From positions 175,507-239,506 of the forward strand of contig CALXPT010000001.1 of NCBI GenBank assembly GCA_944390355.1: DNA of 64,000 nucleotides, written 5' to 3'. Below the pieces are notes generated by a model. That model saw only the letters and a list, made by a program, of their open reading frames with translations. It had not been told where the DNA came from and did not search any database. The number at the start of each line of letters is the position of its first letter. Positions within the stretch are counted from its first letter, which is position 1. This document shows positions 19,043 to 28,930 of this stretch, piece by piece. Source of the DNA: an uncultured Alphaproteobacteria bacterium. GTDB lineage: Bacteria; Pseudomonadota; Alphaproteobacteria; RF32; CAG-239. The position numbers and the translations under genes are program-made.

Positions 19043-20059
19043 ATGTTTGAAGGAAAGACCATTCTAACCGGTGTTAAACCAACCGGAACACCGCATTTGG
19101 GCAATTATCTCGGAGCCATAAAACCAGCCGTTAAGCTCGGAAAAGAGACATTGGAAAAAGGCGGAAAGCACTATATGTTTATTGCCGATTATCATGCCAT
19201 CAATGCCGAAAAGAACCCTGAAGTGTTAGCCGAAAAGCTCAAGGAAATTGCCTGCATTTATTTGGCAAGCGGTCTAGATCCGAAGAAGTCATATTTTTAT
19301 CGTCAGTCCGATATTCCCGAAATTCCTGAAATCACCACCATTCTTTATGCCTATACCCCTAAAGGATTTATGAACAAGGCTCACGCCTACAAAGCCGCGG
19401 TTGATAAAAACCGTGCCGCCGGCAAACCCGATGATGACGGTATTAACATGGGCTTATTTACATACCCGACCTTAATGGCAGCCGATATTTTGGCTTATGA
19501 TTCCGATATCGTGCCGGTCGGCAAAGACCAAGTTCAACATGTTGAAATTGCCAGAGATATAGCCGGCGCGATTAATGCGCATTATAATCAGCCCTTGCTG
19601 CATCTGCCAGAATATTATATTGACGAACATGTTGCCGTTGTCCCTGGGATAGACGGACGCAAAATGAGCAAGTCTTACGGCAATGTTATTCCGTTGTTTG
19701 AAGATGACAAGGCTATCAAAAAAGCTATTTTCTCGATTAAAACAGACTCTCGGCCGATGGAAGAGCCTAAAAATCCCGATGAAATTTTGGTGTATGATAT
19801 TTACAAGTCCATCGCGACACCGGAGCAACTTCAAGAAATGGGAGATGGTTTGCGCCAAGGCAAATTGGGGTACGGACATATCAAAAATATGTTGCTCGAT
19901 GCCGTGATTGATGAAATTAAAGACGCGCGCGAAAAATATAATTACTATATGGCGCACTATGCTGAGGTTGAAGGAATGCTTGAAGACGGCGCAGTCAAGG
20001 CTCGTCCCGTGGCGCAAGCGACTCTTAAACGCCTTAAAGACGCCGTGTTCGGTCGCTAA
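19043..20059 (+). CDS. trpS: Tryptophanyl-tRNA synthetase
   Basis: 338 aa. HLGN (HIGH-like) and KMSKS motifs. Class Ic length. Confidence 0.85.
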   Translation: MFEGKTILTGVKPTGTPHLGNYLGAIKPAVKLGKETLEKGGKHYMFIADYHAINAEKNPEVLAEKLKEIACIYLASGLDPKKSYFYRQSDIPEIPEITTILYAYTPKGFMNKAHAYKAAVDKNRAAGKPDDDGINMGLFTYPTLMAADILAYDSDIVPVGKDQVQHVEIARDIAGAINAHYNQPLLHLPEYYIDEHVAVVPGIDGRKMSKSYGNVIPLFEDDKAIKKAIFSIKTDSRPMEEPKNPDEILVYDIYKSIATPEQLQEMGDGLRQGKLGYGHIKNMLLDAVIDEIKDAREKYNYYMAHYAEVEGMLEDGAVKARPVAQATLKRLKDAVFGR

Positions 20060-20075
20060 ATTTTATAACCAGCAA

Positions 20076-20108
20076 AAAGCCCTGTTTTTTTATGAAACAG
20101 GGCTTTAA
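20076..20108. terminator. Bidirectional terminator between trpS and downstream convergent genes
   Basis: AAAGCCCTGTTT-loop-AAACAGGGCTTT flanked by A- and T-runs. Confidence 0.6.
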
Positions 20109-20110
20109 TT

Positions 20111-20473
20111 TTATTTGATTACCGAAATAAATTTTGAATACCTGTTTTGAAAGTCATTATCTTGCTTAAGTGCTACCTCATGCATGATTTTATTTTTATA
20201 TAACTCCAGCGCAAACTCATCGGGTGTGGCGGTCAGCGTTTCACTCGAATCGTCATATTCAAAATTTATTCCTAAAAACGGAGACTGAATCTCGTAATTT
20301 TTGACTTGTTCGAAATAGTCTTTTGATATTTTGAACTTGGTCGGAAGTGTCGGATAATTGCCGTTTTCATCCGCATTCTTTAAACAGGTTACTATTGATT
20401 CAAGCCGGATGTAATTTTCAATCAAAAGCGGGAAAAATCCCTCTATCGGCTCTAAAGGTACTGAATCGGACAT
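20111..20473 (-). CDS. Hypothetical protein
   Basis: 120-aa ORF directly downstream of META lipoprotein gene. Confidence 0.45.
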   Translation of the reverse strand: MSDSVPLEPIEGFFPLLIENYIRLESIVTCLKNADENGNYPTLPTKFKISKDYFEQVKNYEIQSPFLGINFEYDDSSETLTATPDEFALELYKNKIMHEVALKQDNDFQNRYSKFISVIK

Positions 20474-20475
20474 GG

Positions 20476-20877
20476 CTATTTTTCTTCGGCTGACGGCGTA
20501 TATTCGTCAAAGGCTATCTTCTTGCCGTCTTTTCCGGAAAGAATAAGTTGTTTTCCTTTGATTTCAAAGCTCTCTACCGTTGCTAAAAAGGCAAAATACT
20601 CACTTTCGGCTTTCATTAACGGAACCGGTGCGGCCATCATTGTGGCTCCGGCCGGTGAAAATGTCAGCTTATTGTCTTTTTGTTCATAGTTGCCAAAGTA
20701 GTTATTCACCGCTTTTCCAAAGTAGCGCGGGGCTTCTTTATCAAAACCGAGTGTAATTTCCATTTTGGTTTCGGAATCCTGAGTTTTGAAGTTTTTGCCT
20801 TTTAAGTCAACAGGCGCATCCTTAAAACAACCGGCAACCGTTAGTACGCAAATTAATACAGACAAAAGCTTTTTCAT
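20476..20877 (-). CDS. META-domain (HslJ-like) lipoprotein
   Basis: 133 aa. Lipobox LTVAGC. META motif NNYFGNY...LxFSPxxATxMA. Confidence 0.6.
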   Translation of the reverse strand: MKKLLSVLICVLTVAGCFKDAPVDLKGKNFKTQDSETKMEITLGFDKEAPRYFGKAVNNYFGNYEQKDNKLTFSPAGATMMAAPVPLMKAESEYFAFLATVESFEIKGKQLILSGKDGKKIAFDEYTPSAEEK

Positions 20878-21015
20878 CTTGTTTCTCCTTTTATTAAAAT
20901 TGCTTCCGTGATAGGTTATACGATAAAAAAAAATTTGTCAGTTAAAAAAAATGCAAAATATAAAAAATTATACTTGATTTTTGTTTCGGAGTTTTGTATG
21001 TTTCATCTGCAATGT

Positions 21016-21090
21016 GCCGCCGTAGCTCAGTGGTAGAGCACGTCATTGGTAATGACGGGGTCGTAAGTCCGATTCTTATCGGCGGCACCA
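21016..21090 (+). tRNA. tRNA-Thr (anticodon GGU)
   Basis: Manual fold. Acceptor GCCGCCG/CGGCGGC. D-arm GCTCAGTGGTAGAGC. Anticodon loop TTGGTAA. T-arm. Encoded CCA. Confidence 0.85.
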
Positions 21091-22623
21091 TTTATCAGTT
21101 TCTGGCGTTTTTAGTAGTTCATTGAATGGCTTAACTATTGAAAACGCTATATTTTTTCCTTCAGTTTTGCAGTCCGATAATATTAATTTCAAAATGTCTC
21201 TTTTTTCAGAAATAATCGGACTTTTTAAGAATTTTCCTACATTTGCTGCTATTTCCGCGATATTTGCTAGTATTTCATCAGTTTCAGCATCAATCTCAAG
21301 GTATTTATCCATATCTTTTTGTAGTTTTTCTTTTTCCATTTCAATTTCAGTTTTCAGTTCATTATACATTTTTTCATCACATTTGCCTTGAATATAGCCA
21401 CGGAACAAGGTTTTGAGCTGTTCATCTAATTGATTTACCTTGATAGTAATATCACGTTTGAGAGTCGCTGTATTTACTCTTTCTTCTTTAAGCTGCTTTT
21501 TGACTTCGGCTTTAATATTTTTTAGCATATCGTCACTAACGGCAAGAGGTAACGACAATTCTTTTTCAAGCTGGGCGAGGATTTTGGCTTCATTGATTGG
21601 TTTTTGTGAACATTTGGAACGTAATTTGTTACATTTTAAATAATTGTAAGAATGTTTATCGTCTTTTACTTTAGTTTCACAAGTCATTAAACTACCACAA
21701 CAACCACATCTGACTAAACCTGTAAAAATATATTGTTTATCTCCATAATATAATTTACTTGGTGCTCGTTTTCTTCCTTCCATAGTATCTTGGACAATTT
21801 GAAACAATTCTTTATCTATAAATAAAGGATAAGGATGTTTGTAAACTTTGCCTTTTTGCGTAAAATATCCAATGTAAAAAGTGTTTTTCAGTATATTTTG
21901 AACTTGAGCTCGACTAATTGTTTTATTTACACGACACATTTTTGAAGATAATCCTAAGGTTCTGGCTAGATTGGTAATGTCTTGCAAGGTTCGACCGCCT
22001 TTGGCATATTCTTCAAAAAGTCTTTTAACCTTTGGTGCTCGTTCTTCATCTATAATTATATTTGCTGGAGTCGATTTGGTTTTTGATATATTTAAATATC
22101 CTACCGGTGCACAAGATTGCCATTGTCCTGCTTCTCTTTTATATTCCTGACTGCGTAAAACATTGTCTCTTAAAGCACCCACATACATCTTAGCGGATAA
22201 AATTCCCATATCCCAACGTAAAATATCAGAAGAGGTACTGTCTTTATGCAAATAGAAACCTTCTTTATAAAAATGTATCTCTATTCTTCCTTGTTTACGC
22301 AAATCGTCTAATTCAACACATTCCTTATATCCTCTTTGCAATCTATCGACACAATTTACAACAATAGCGGTTTTGTGTTTTTGAGATTTTACAAACTCAA
22401 GCATTTCATAAAATTTTAAACGCCCACCTCGCGTTGAACTTTCAACAATAGAGAATTTATCAAGAATCTTAAATTTGTGATTGTTACAATAATCAACAAC
22501 CGTTTTAAGTTGTGCATCAATGGACGCTCCTTTCTTTTGTTCTTCCGATGAAACTCGAGCAAATATAACGGCTTGTTTACATTCTTCATCTGCAATATTT
22601 TGATATTTATTTCTTTTAGACAT
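21076..22623 (-). CDS. Large serine recombinase (island integrase)
   Basis: 515 aa. N-terminal resolvase catalytic domain (VIFARVSSEEQ with catalytic Ser). Recombinase domain, Cys-rich zinc ribbon (CGCCGSLMTC), C-terminal coiled coil. 3' end overlaps tRNA-Thr 3' end by 15 nt. Confidence 0.85.
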   Translation of the reverse strand: MSKRNKYQNIADEECKQAVIFARVSSEEQKKGASIDAQLKTVVDYCNNHKFKILDKFSIVESSTRGGRLKFYEMLEFVKSQKHKTAIVVNCVDRLQRGYKECVELDDLRKQGRIEIHFYKEGFYLHKDSTSSDILRWDMGILSAKMYVGALRDNVLRSQEYKREAGQWQSCAPVGYLNISKTKSTPANIIIDEERAPKVKRLFEEYAKGGRTLQDITNLARTLGLSSKMCRVNKTISRAQVQNILKNTFYIGYFTQKGKVYKHPYPLFIDKELFQIVQDTMEGRKRAPSKLYYGDKQYIFTGLVRCGCCGSLMTCETKVKDDKHSYNYLKCNKLRSKCSQKPINEAKILAQLEKELSLPLAVSDDMLKNIKAEVKKQLKEERVNTATLKRDITIKVNQLDEQLKTLFRGYIQGKCDEKMYNELKTEIEMEKEKLQKDMDKYLEIDAETDEILANIAEIAANVGKFLKSPIISEKRDILKLILSDCKTEGKNIAFSIVKPFNELLKTPETDKWCRR

Positions 22624-22742
22624 GATGTTACTCCTTTGTTTTTACATTACATTTATTATGTCGTGTTATTTTGGGAAAGTACGCAGTTATTTTCAGTTTC
22701 TTGCAATTTTTTTACTAACAAATTACTGATATTTCAAAATGT

Positions 22743-22799
22743 TAACCTAATTCCCAATTGGAACGAGGTTATAAAAAGTTATTGTCGTTAACGTCACGA
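22743..22799. repeat. Composite site: 27-bp imperfect palindrome (AACCTAATTCCCAATTGGAACGAGGTT) plus TTATTGTCGTTAACGTCACGAA motif; left direct repeat of the module
   Basis: Near-identical arrangement at 27960-28030. Related 27-bp site at 26461-26487. Confidence 0.6.
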
Positions 22800-22844
22800 A
22801 GTTAAAAAATAACCTCTGCTAAAATTTACAGAGGTTTGAGGTAT

Positions 22845-23030
22845 TCAAGGTGATTTAGTGTCATTAATGTCCGTTAGTTGTTTTTCAGATTGCTTTGCAT
22901 GATAAACAGCCTTTGCTCCTAAATAGAAAAAACGGATTAATTTGTTAGTCATTTCAGTTAATTCATCATCCGTAAAATCGGGATAATAAATCTTTAATTC
23001 TTCTTTTATTTCATTAAACGTATCAATCAT
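22845..23030 (-). CDS. Small hypothetical protein
   Basis: 61-aa ORF, no clear RBS. Weak. Confidence 0.2.
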   Translation of the reverse strand: MIDTFNEIKEELKIYYPDFTDDELTEMTNKLIRFFYLGAKAVYHAKQSEKQLTDINDTKSP

Positions 23031-23229
23031 AATAATTATATGTCGGGATTGAATAAATATGTAAAACAGGAAACGAAAAATTTTAATTTCTAGCAGATTT
23101 TAGTTTATAGTATGTGTACGTTTAAGGTTTCTTTATTGCTTAATTATATTTTAATTGTTAGAATTACATTAAGATATGCATAAAAGAAATATATATAAAA
23201 AATTTACTATTCCATATTAAAATATAAAG

Positions 23230-24228
23230 TTGAGGAATATTGTGTGGAACAATTTTAGATTTATAGATTTATTTGCAGGTATTGGTGGAATAAGGCTTGG
23301 CTTCGAAGCTGTTGGCGGTCGTTGTGTTTTTTCTTCAGAATTTGATGAGGATGCTTGTAAGACATACGAAGCTAATTTTGGAGAACATCCATCTGGTGAT
23401 ATTACAAAAATAAATGCCGCAGATATACCAGACTTTGATATTCTTTTAGGCGGATTTCCTTGTCAAGCCTTTTCTATAATTGGAAAAAAAGAAGGATTTG
23501 CAAATGAAACTTGTGGGACTTTGTTTTTTGATATTGAACGAATATTAAAAGAAAAACGACCAGCTGCATTTATGCTAGAAAATGTAAAAAATCTTACGGC
23601 ACATGATGGCGGAAAGACATTTAAAATTATAAAAGAACATTTAGAACATTTGGGGTATCATATATACGCAAAGGTTTTAAATGCTATAGACTTTGGTGTG
23701 CCACAAAATAGAGAGCGTATAATAATCGTGGGTTTTTTAGAAAATGTAAATTTTCATTTTCCAGTACCTGTCTCAATTGAAAATCGCAAAGTATTAAAAG
23801 ATATATTAGAGCAAAATGTTGATAAAAAATACTATGTGAATGACAAAATTAAAAAGTCTAGATTGGAGAGACTAAAAGACAAAAATTATCCTAAACCTTA
23901 TATTTCTCATGAAAATATGGCAGGTTCTGTTACTCCACATCCTTATTCTTCTGCTTTAAGAGCTGGAGCATCAGCAAATTATATATTAATTAATGATGAA
24001 AGACGTCCTACTGAAAGAGAAATGCTAAGAATACAAGGCTTTCCTGATAGTTTTAAGATTGTACTTCCATATAGTAAAATAAAAAAGCAATGTGGAAACT
24101 CCGTTGCTGTCCCCGTTATTCAAGCTGTTGCTCGAGAAATGATTAAAGCTTTAACTTCACCAACAAGGATAAAAAACAATTCTAGCAAGAGTTCTTGTGA
24201 TTATTTAAAACAAGGAGTTTTATTATGA
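23230..24228 (+). CDS. DNA cytosine-5 methyltransferase
   Basis: 332 aa. Motif I FAGIGG, motif IV GFPCQAFS, ENV motif. Start TTG 23230 or GTG 23242 after GAGGAA. Confidence 0.85.
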   Translation: MRNIVWNNFRFIDLFAGIGGIRLGFEAVGGRCVFSSEFDEDACKTYEANFGEHPSGDITKINAADIPDFDILLGGFPCQAFSIIGKKEGFANETCGTLFFDIERILKEKRPAAFMLENVKNLTAHDGGKTFKIIKEHLEHLGYHIYAKVLNAIDFGVPQNRERIIIVGFLENVNFHFPVPVSIENRKVLKDILEQNVDKKYYVNDKIKKSRLERLKDKNYPKPYISHENMAGSVTPHPYSSALRAGASANYILINDERRPTEREMLRIQGFPDSFKIVLPYSKIKKQCGNSVAVPVIQAVAREMIKALTSPTRIKNNSSKSSCDYLKQGVLL

Positions 24229-25277
24229 GTATATACGATGATGCCAAAAAGGCATTAGACACAGTATTAAACAAATCAAGAGTACATTTATACAAACCGA
24301 TTCAAATTGCTGAAATTTTATATCATGATCGTATATACAAAGATATAAATCTTCTGAATTTAGAAGATTACAGAAATAAAAGTAAAAAATGGCGAGATGA
24401 TATATGTATTCAATTATTAGGTAGGGTATGTACTAGTAGTGCAAAATTCCAAGACAATTTGTTTGAAACTAACGCTCTTCCTCCAAAATTTATCAATGCA
24501 CTAGGCATAAAAAACAGAGAAACACATGGAGCTATTGAAGCATATATATACAACAAATTTATAGCAAAACACAGTCAATTGTCCTCGGCATTATCGTACT
24601 GTATAGATTCGACTATTAGCACTTTTGATGTTAAGCATTTAATAGATTCATTTTGGTGTGAACCTGGACTTAAGCGTAGCTTAGATAAAATTTATGAAAT
24701 TATCGTGTATGCATTATTTGCAACATTAGTGGAAATTTTGGAATTTAAAGTTCAAGTACATGTAGAAAAAAAGCATTTAGACTTACTAGATGATTTTTCT
24801 GAATTTGCACAAAAAGTGATGTGTATAGACTTTCAAAATCCCCAATATATTCAAGATGCAAGAGTGTATCGTGTCGGAGTGACAAATGCAGCCGATAGAG
24901 GTTTGGATATGTATTCTAACTGGGGACCTGCTATACAAATAAAGCACTTAAGTTTAGATGTCGAGCTTGCTGAAAATATAGTAAATAGTGTATCATCTGA
25001 TAGAATAGTAATTGTTTGTAAAAATGCAGAAAAAGATGTTATTTTATCTCTTCTAACTCAGATAGGTTGGAAAAGTAAAATACAAAGTATTATTACAGAG
25101 AACAACTTAATTAATTGGTACGAAAAGGCATTGCGAGGAAAATTTGCTAAAATTATCGGCCAAAAATTATTAGACCGTTTAAGAGATGAAATTATCAATG
25201 AATTTCCTCCCATTAATAATATTCCTGATGTTATAAAAAATCGTCATTATGATAAGATATCAATAGAAATGTTATAA
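24225..25277 (+). CDS. Putative Type II restriction endonuclease partner of the C5-MTase
   Basis: 350-aa ORF overlapping MTase stop (ATGA). No fold-level motif confidently seen. Confidence 0.45.
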   Translation: MSIYDDAKKALDTVLNKSRVHLYKPIQIAEILYHDRIYKDINLLNLEDYRNKSKKWRDDICIQLLGRVCTSSAKFQDNLFETNALPPKFINALGIKNRETHGAIEAYIYNKFIAKHSQLSSALSYCIDSTISTFDVKHLIDSFWCEPGLKRSLDKIYEIIVYALFATLVEILEFKVQVHVEKKHLDLLDDFSEFAQKVMCIDFQNPQYIQDARVYRVGVTNAADRGLDMYSNWGPAIQIKHLSLDVELAENIVNSVSSDRIVIVCKNAEKDVILSLLTQIGWKSKIQSIITENNLINWYEKALRGKFAKIIGQKLLDRLRDEIINEFPPINNIPDVIKNRHYDKISIEML

Positions 25278-25639
25278 ATTTAACTATTCTTTGTTTCTAT
25301 TAATAAGATAACTTCTAGTTCAAATCTGGAAGTTATTTTTTACTATTCGACTTAAAGATTTATCATCCTAGAATCGTAGCAAAATGTTACCAAGAACGTG
25401 AGTTTTAGGGGCTCGCGGATGGGAAAATATACTGCATAATATAAATAGTTAATGAGTGAAACAACTATTTATGAAAGGAAAAACAATGTGGCATGTAAAA
25501 TTAAATAATACAATTCTTCCAACGCCTTATCAATATTTTAGCGATTGTCTTAAGGAATGCAAAAGACTGCAATGGGTTATGGTTGCGGTATGTACTGAAC
25601 CTGTATTTGTTGACTAATTTGGTATCAAGGAGATTTGCT

Positions 25640-25909
25640 ATGTTAAAAGATTTTGAAAACTGGTTGCTAAATAATAATTACAGACCTACCACCGCTTTTG
25701 ATTATCAAGGAAGAATTGAAAGATTATGTCGTGCTGAAGGTTATACTTTGTCTCATTTGGTTGAAAACATTGCTTTGATTTTACCTGAATATGAAATTAA
25801 CGGTAAAAAATCAAGTTATGGTAAAAGAAGCCATACTTCAGTTAGACAAGCCTTAAGACGTTTTAAAATGTTTTTGATATCAAATAAATTAATTGAAAGT
25901 GCAAACTAA
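25640..25909 (+). CDS. Small hypothetical protein
   Basis: Strong RBS AAGGAG before ATG 25640 (ORF-track start 25583 less likely). Stop overlaps next start (ATGA). Confidence 0.4.
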   Translation: MLKDFENWLLNNNYRPTTAFDYQGRIERLCRAEGYTLSHLVENIALILPEYEINGKKSSYGKRSHTSVRQALRRFKMFLISNKLIESAN

Positions 25910-26226
25910 TGACTGATATCAAAACATTAAATGATAACTTTAGAAGAACCTTTAGCGGTGGAGGAGTTATGTTAACTTGTGGAATTAATGCCAAAAATCA
26001 AAGTGAACAGGCTGAAATTCTTAATCAAGTTAGATGTTTTAATAATTTTACCACCGCCAATGAGCCGTATAATGAACATGATTTTGGAAGTTTTAACTAC
26101 AAAGGAGAACAAATTTATTGGAAAATTGATTATTATGATAAAAATTATCAATTTTGTTCAGAAGATCCAAGTAATCCAAATATAACTAACCGAATTATGA
26201 CGATTATGTTATCTCACGAATATTAA
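25909..26226 (+). CDS. DUF3768-like small protein
   Basis: 105 aa. N-terminal pattern LNDNFRRTFSGGGVMLTCGI resembles the DUF3768 family common on plasmids/ICEs of alphaproteobacteria. Confidence 0.4.
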   Translation: MTDIKTLNDNFRRTFSGGGVMLTCGINAKNQSEQAEILNQVRCFNNFTTANEPYNEHDFGSFNYKGEQIYWKIDYYDKNYQFCSEDPSNPNITNRIMTIMLSHEY

Positions 26227-26330
26227 AACAATTTAGTCCGATTTGAGTAATATCAAGTCGGATTTTTTATTATTGATAATTTAACTTCTTAACATCAACG
26301 ACAACAAGTTATTTTAAACATCTCATTTTT

Positions 26331-26401
26331 TAACCCGTGGATACAATCGTTTTATTTGATATAGGTTTTATTACTTTTATTAAATTCGGATATCCACGGG
26401 T
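26331..26401. repeat. Inverted repeat AACCCGTGGATA ... TATCCACGGGTT (12-13 bp arms, about 46-bp spacer)
   Basis: Seen directly. Lies downstream of the HUH Rep gene. Candidate hairpin origin/nick region. Confidence 0.5.
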
Positions 26402-26460
26402 TGTTTATGGAGATATGGGATATAATTTTATAAGATATTTATGAAATTTCAAATAATTAA

Positions 26461-26487
26461 CCTAATTCTCAATCGGAATGAGGTTGT
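26461..26487. repeat. 27-bp imperfect palindromic site (AACCTAATTCTCAATCGGAATGAGGTT)
   Basis: Related to sites at 22743 and (inverted) 27960. Confidence 0.55.
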
Positions 26488-26662
26488 TTTTTATATCATA
26501 CTAACTTCACAATACAACTTTTGCAAAATTCAGCAGAAGTTAAACATAATAATACCTATTTACAATGTGTTATAACTTTTCAAAAGAATCTGATATAATT
26601 GTATTGTCGTGAATTTTGGGATTTGTAAACGGTTAAACTTCCATTATGATGTTTTTTATAAT

Positions 26663-27658
26663 TTAGTTTCTTTGAGGATTAAGATTAAATAAGTCTTCAG
26701 AAAAAATCATATGGTCATTATCAAATTTACCATTCCAATATATTTTTATTTCTTTCATACAATAATAAGTAACATTTAACAATTTTGGTTCAATTGGTTT
26801 TAAATTCATGCAATATGACGGTAAGTTTTCTCTCATCATTGCTTGAAAAATAGCATCTTGGAGTTCTTGTTCACTAAATCTTCCTCGATTAAATAATATA
26901 TGAAAATGCCAGTCCGAACTTATTCCATTTTCAGCAAATGCAATAAACCGAAGATGGTGATGCTCCCAATTGTTCATCAAACTCTTTTCAAATGCTTTCA
27001 TAATGTTTCTTAAATGACTAATTGAGTTATATAAATCTTTAGTCTTCTTGTTTTCTGGTAGTTGTACAGTTAAAAAATGAGTCGGTTTATATTCTTTAGC
27101 AATCCATTTATTTAATCTTTTTTTTATCGTGGAAGAATTTGTTGCCTTTTTTCCTTGAGACACAGATTTTATGATATTACCCATTTTTTGACTGTAGGAA
27201 TCAGTGTTTTTATTTGGTATAGGTTCGATTGCTTTTATATCATTTTGTAGTTCATGGGTTGTTTTAGGCTTGTTTATGCTCGTGTTTTGGTTAAGATTTT
27301 CATTATTAGCACATCTGGAGATATAAGAGAGTGTATTAACTATTTTCTGTATATAGTTTATTTTATTTTGCTTGAGTTTTTCATTATAAATACTCTTAAA
27401 TTTATTATAAAAACCATTTAATAAAGAAGAATTAACTAAATAATCCTTAAAAGAAATACCATATTCAATAAGAAAAGGACTCAATTTTACTTTATCAATA
27501 ACAGAAATTAATCCATATCTTCTTATAATACCTAAGACATATACATAATCATCAATACATCTTGTTGCATGACTTATTGACAATTTTAACATCTTGTTTT
27601 CTGTCATTATCTCTTGCAACCATATTCTTTCATATTTGTATTTATTCATTTTTATCAT
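26663..27658 (-). CDS. HUH-endonuclease (rolling-circle Rep/relaxase-like) protein
   Basis: 331 aa. HUH motif WHFHILF preceded by HLRFIAFAENG. Tyr candidates in YYCMKE. Flanked by inverted 27-bp sites and TTGTCGT repeats. Confidence 0.5.
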   Translation of the reverse strand: MIKMNKYKYERIWLQEIMTENKMLKLSISHATRCIDDYVYVLGIIRRYGLISVIDKVKLSPFLIEYGISFKDYLVNSSLLNGFYNKFKSIYNEKLKQNKINYIQKIVNTLSYISRCANNENLNQNTSINKPKTTHELQNDIKAIEPIPNKNTDSYSQKMGNIIKSVSQGKKATNSSTIKKRLNKWIAKEYKPTHFLTVQLPENKKTKDLYNSISHLRNIMKAFEKSLMNNWEHHHLRFIAFAENGISSDWHFHILFNRGRFSEQELQDAIFQAMMRENLPSYCMNLKPIEPKLLNVTYYCMKEIKIYWNGKFDNDHMIFSEDLFNLNPQRN

Positions 27659-27959
27659 CCAATTAGTATTTATTTAAGTTATTAATTTTATTTATTTTTT
27701 TAATAATAATTAAGTTATTTTTTGATATAAAAATAACAAAGGCCGCATGAATAAAAGCTTCCTCGTATCCCGAACTGATGAAACAGTTATACCAAGATTA
27801 TGGTGGATTTTGGTAATCGGTTTATAATGATACATTTAAATAGAATTGTTTTTTTCACAAAATCTAATGATAAAATTTCTTAAAGATAAAAATTTTTTGG
27901 TTTTACATTTTTGTTTTCCATGACATTATACATATAAAATCACATAAAAATAATGAGTT

Positions 27960-28030
27960 AACTTCATTCCAAATAAGAATTAGGTTGTTGGGTTATTTTA
28001 TAAAAAAGTTATTGTCGTTAACGTCACGAA
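27960..28030. repeat. Composite site (27-bp palindrome inverted relative to 22743 copy, plus TTATTGTCGTTAACGTCACGAA); right direct repeat of the module
   Basis: 24-nt motif identical to 22776-22799. Confidence 0.6.
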
Positions 28031-28447
28031 CTTTTAACATCTGAATATCAAAGGTTGAAATCATTAAATGACATTGATGTCGGTTAATCAACTTTTGTAA
28101 AAATTTGCAGAAGTCTATTTGAAAAATAAAAATCAAAGAAGCTCTCTCGCACGCAAAGGCCTTGACTAAAATTCGCTTAACAAAAAAACTAATCTTATCC
28201 AGTATGGTACGGCATAGTATGGCAGTATGGTATCCATGGAGGGTGTAGATGTCGGGCATCCTTTATGGCGGTGGAGCTATCCCGTTATGCTTATGCCAGT
28301 CCGATATTAAAATAAAGAGACAAAGACGGTTAAATCCTTGCCTCTCTATATATCTGTGCTATACAGTTTTTGAACTCCGAAGTTATATTGTCGTGTTATT
28401 TGCCAAATCGGAGCGGTAAAAACTCAACCTGTGCGTAAGTTGATAAA

Positions 28448-28930
28448 TTAAAATAAATCAAGTTGCTGATCTTTTTCTATATGCTTAATATTTAAAATAG
28501 AATCTATTTGTTTATTATTTACAACCATACCATCAATAACTACAAAAAACTGTTTATTTAAATTTTTCATAAGCATTATATTATTTAATGTTCCTTTGCT
28601 TTCTCCATCCCATATCATTAATCCATAATCCGTGTCATTAGCCATCTGTTCATCTTTTAAAGTGTATAAATTACGACCTTTCTCATTATGCAAAGCATAG
28701 ACATTCTTAGTTTGCCACTGTCCTACATTGTTCCTTATAGTTTTACCTGCATAATATACAAAGACATTTTGATAATTTTTCTTAAACAAATATTTTTGAA
28801 TACTTAAATCAACCCCTTTAGCATCACCAACTAAAATGGTAATATTCTTAGATATAATATTATCAATTTTTTTTACCGCAGATAATGGTAATTTCTTTAT
28901 GCTAATAGATCCAGAAATAAAAACTTTCAT
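28448..28930 (-). CDS. SLOG/DprA-LOG-like Rossmann domain protein
   Basis: 160 aa. ILVGDAKGVDLSIQKY resembles the GxAxGxD motif of DprA/Smf/YpsA-type SLOG domains. Start overlaps PRTase stop (ATGA). Confidence 0.45.
   Translation of the reverse strand: MKVFISGSISIKKLPLSAVKKIDNIISKNITILVGDAKGVDLSIQKYLFKKNYQNVFVYYAGKTIRNNVGQWQTKNVYALHNEKGRNLYTLKDEQMANDTDYGLMIWDGESKGTLNNIMLMKNLNKQFFVVIDGMVVNNKQIDSILNIKHIEKDQQLDLF

Noticed and set aside
25487-25618. 43-aa ORF (MWHVKLNNTILPTPYQYFSDCLKECKRLQWVMVAVCTEPVFVD) upstream of the 25640 gene
   Set aside because: No convincing RBS or conservation clue. Kept out of features as unsupported.
27993-28259. 88-aa minus-strand ORF
   Set aside because: Spans the composite repeat site and iteron region. 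No RBS. Likely spurious.
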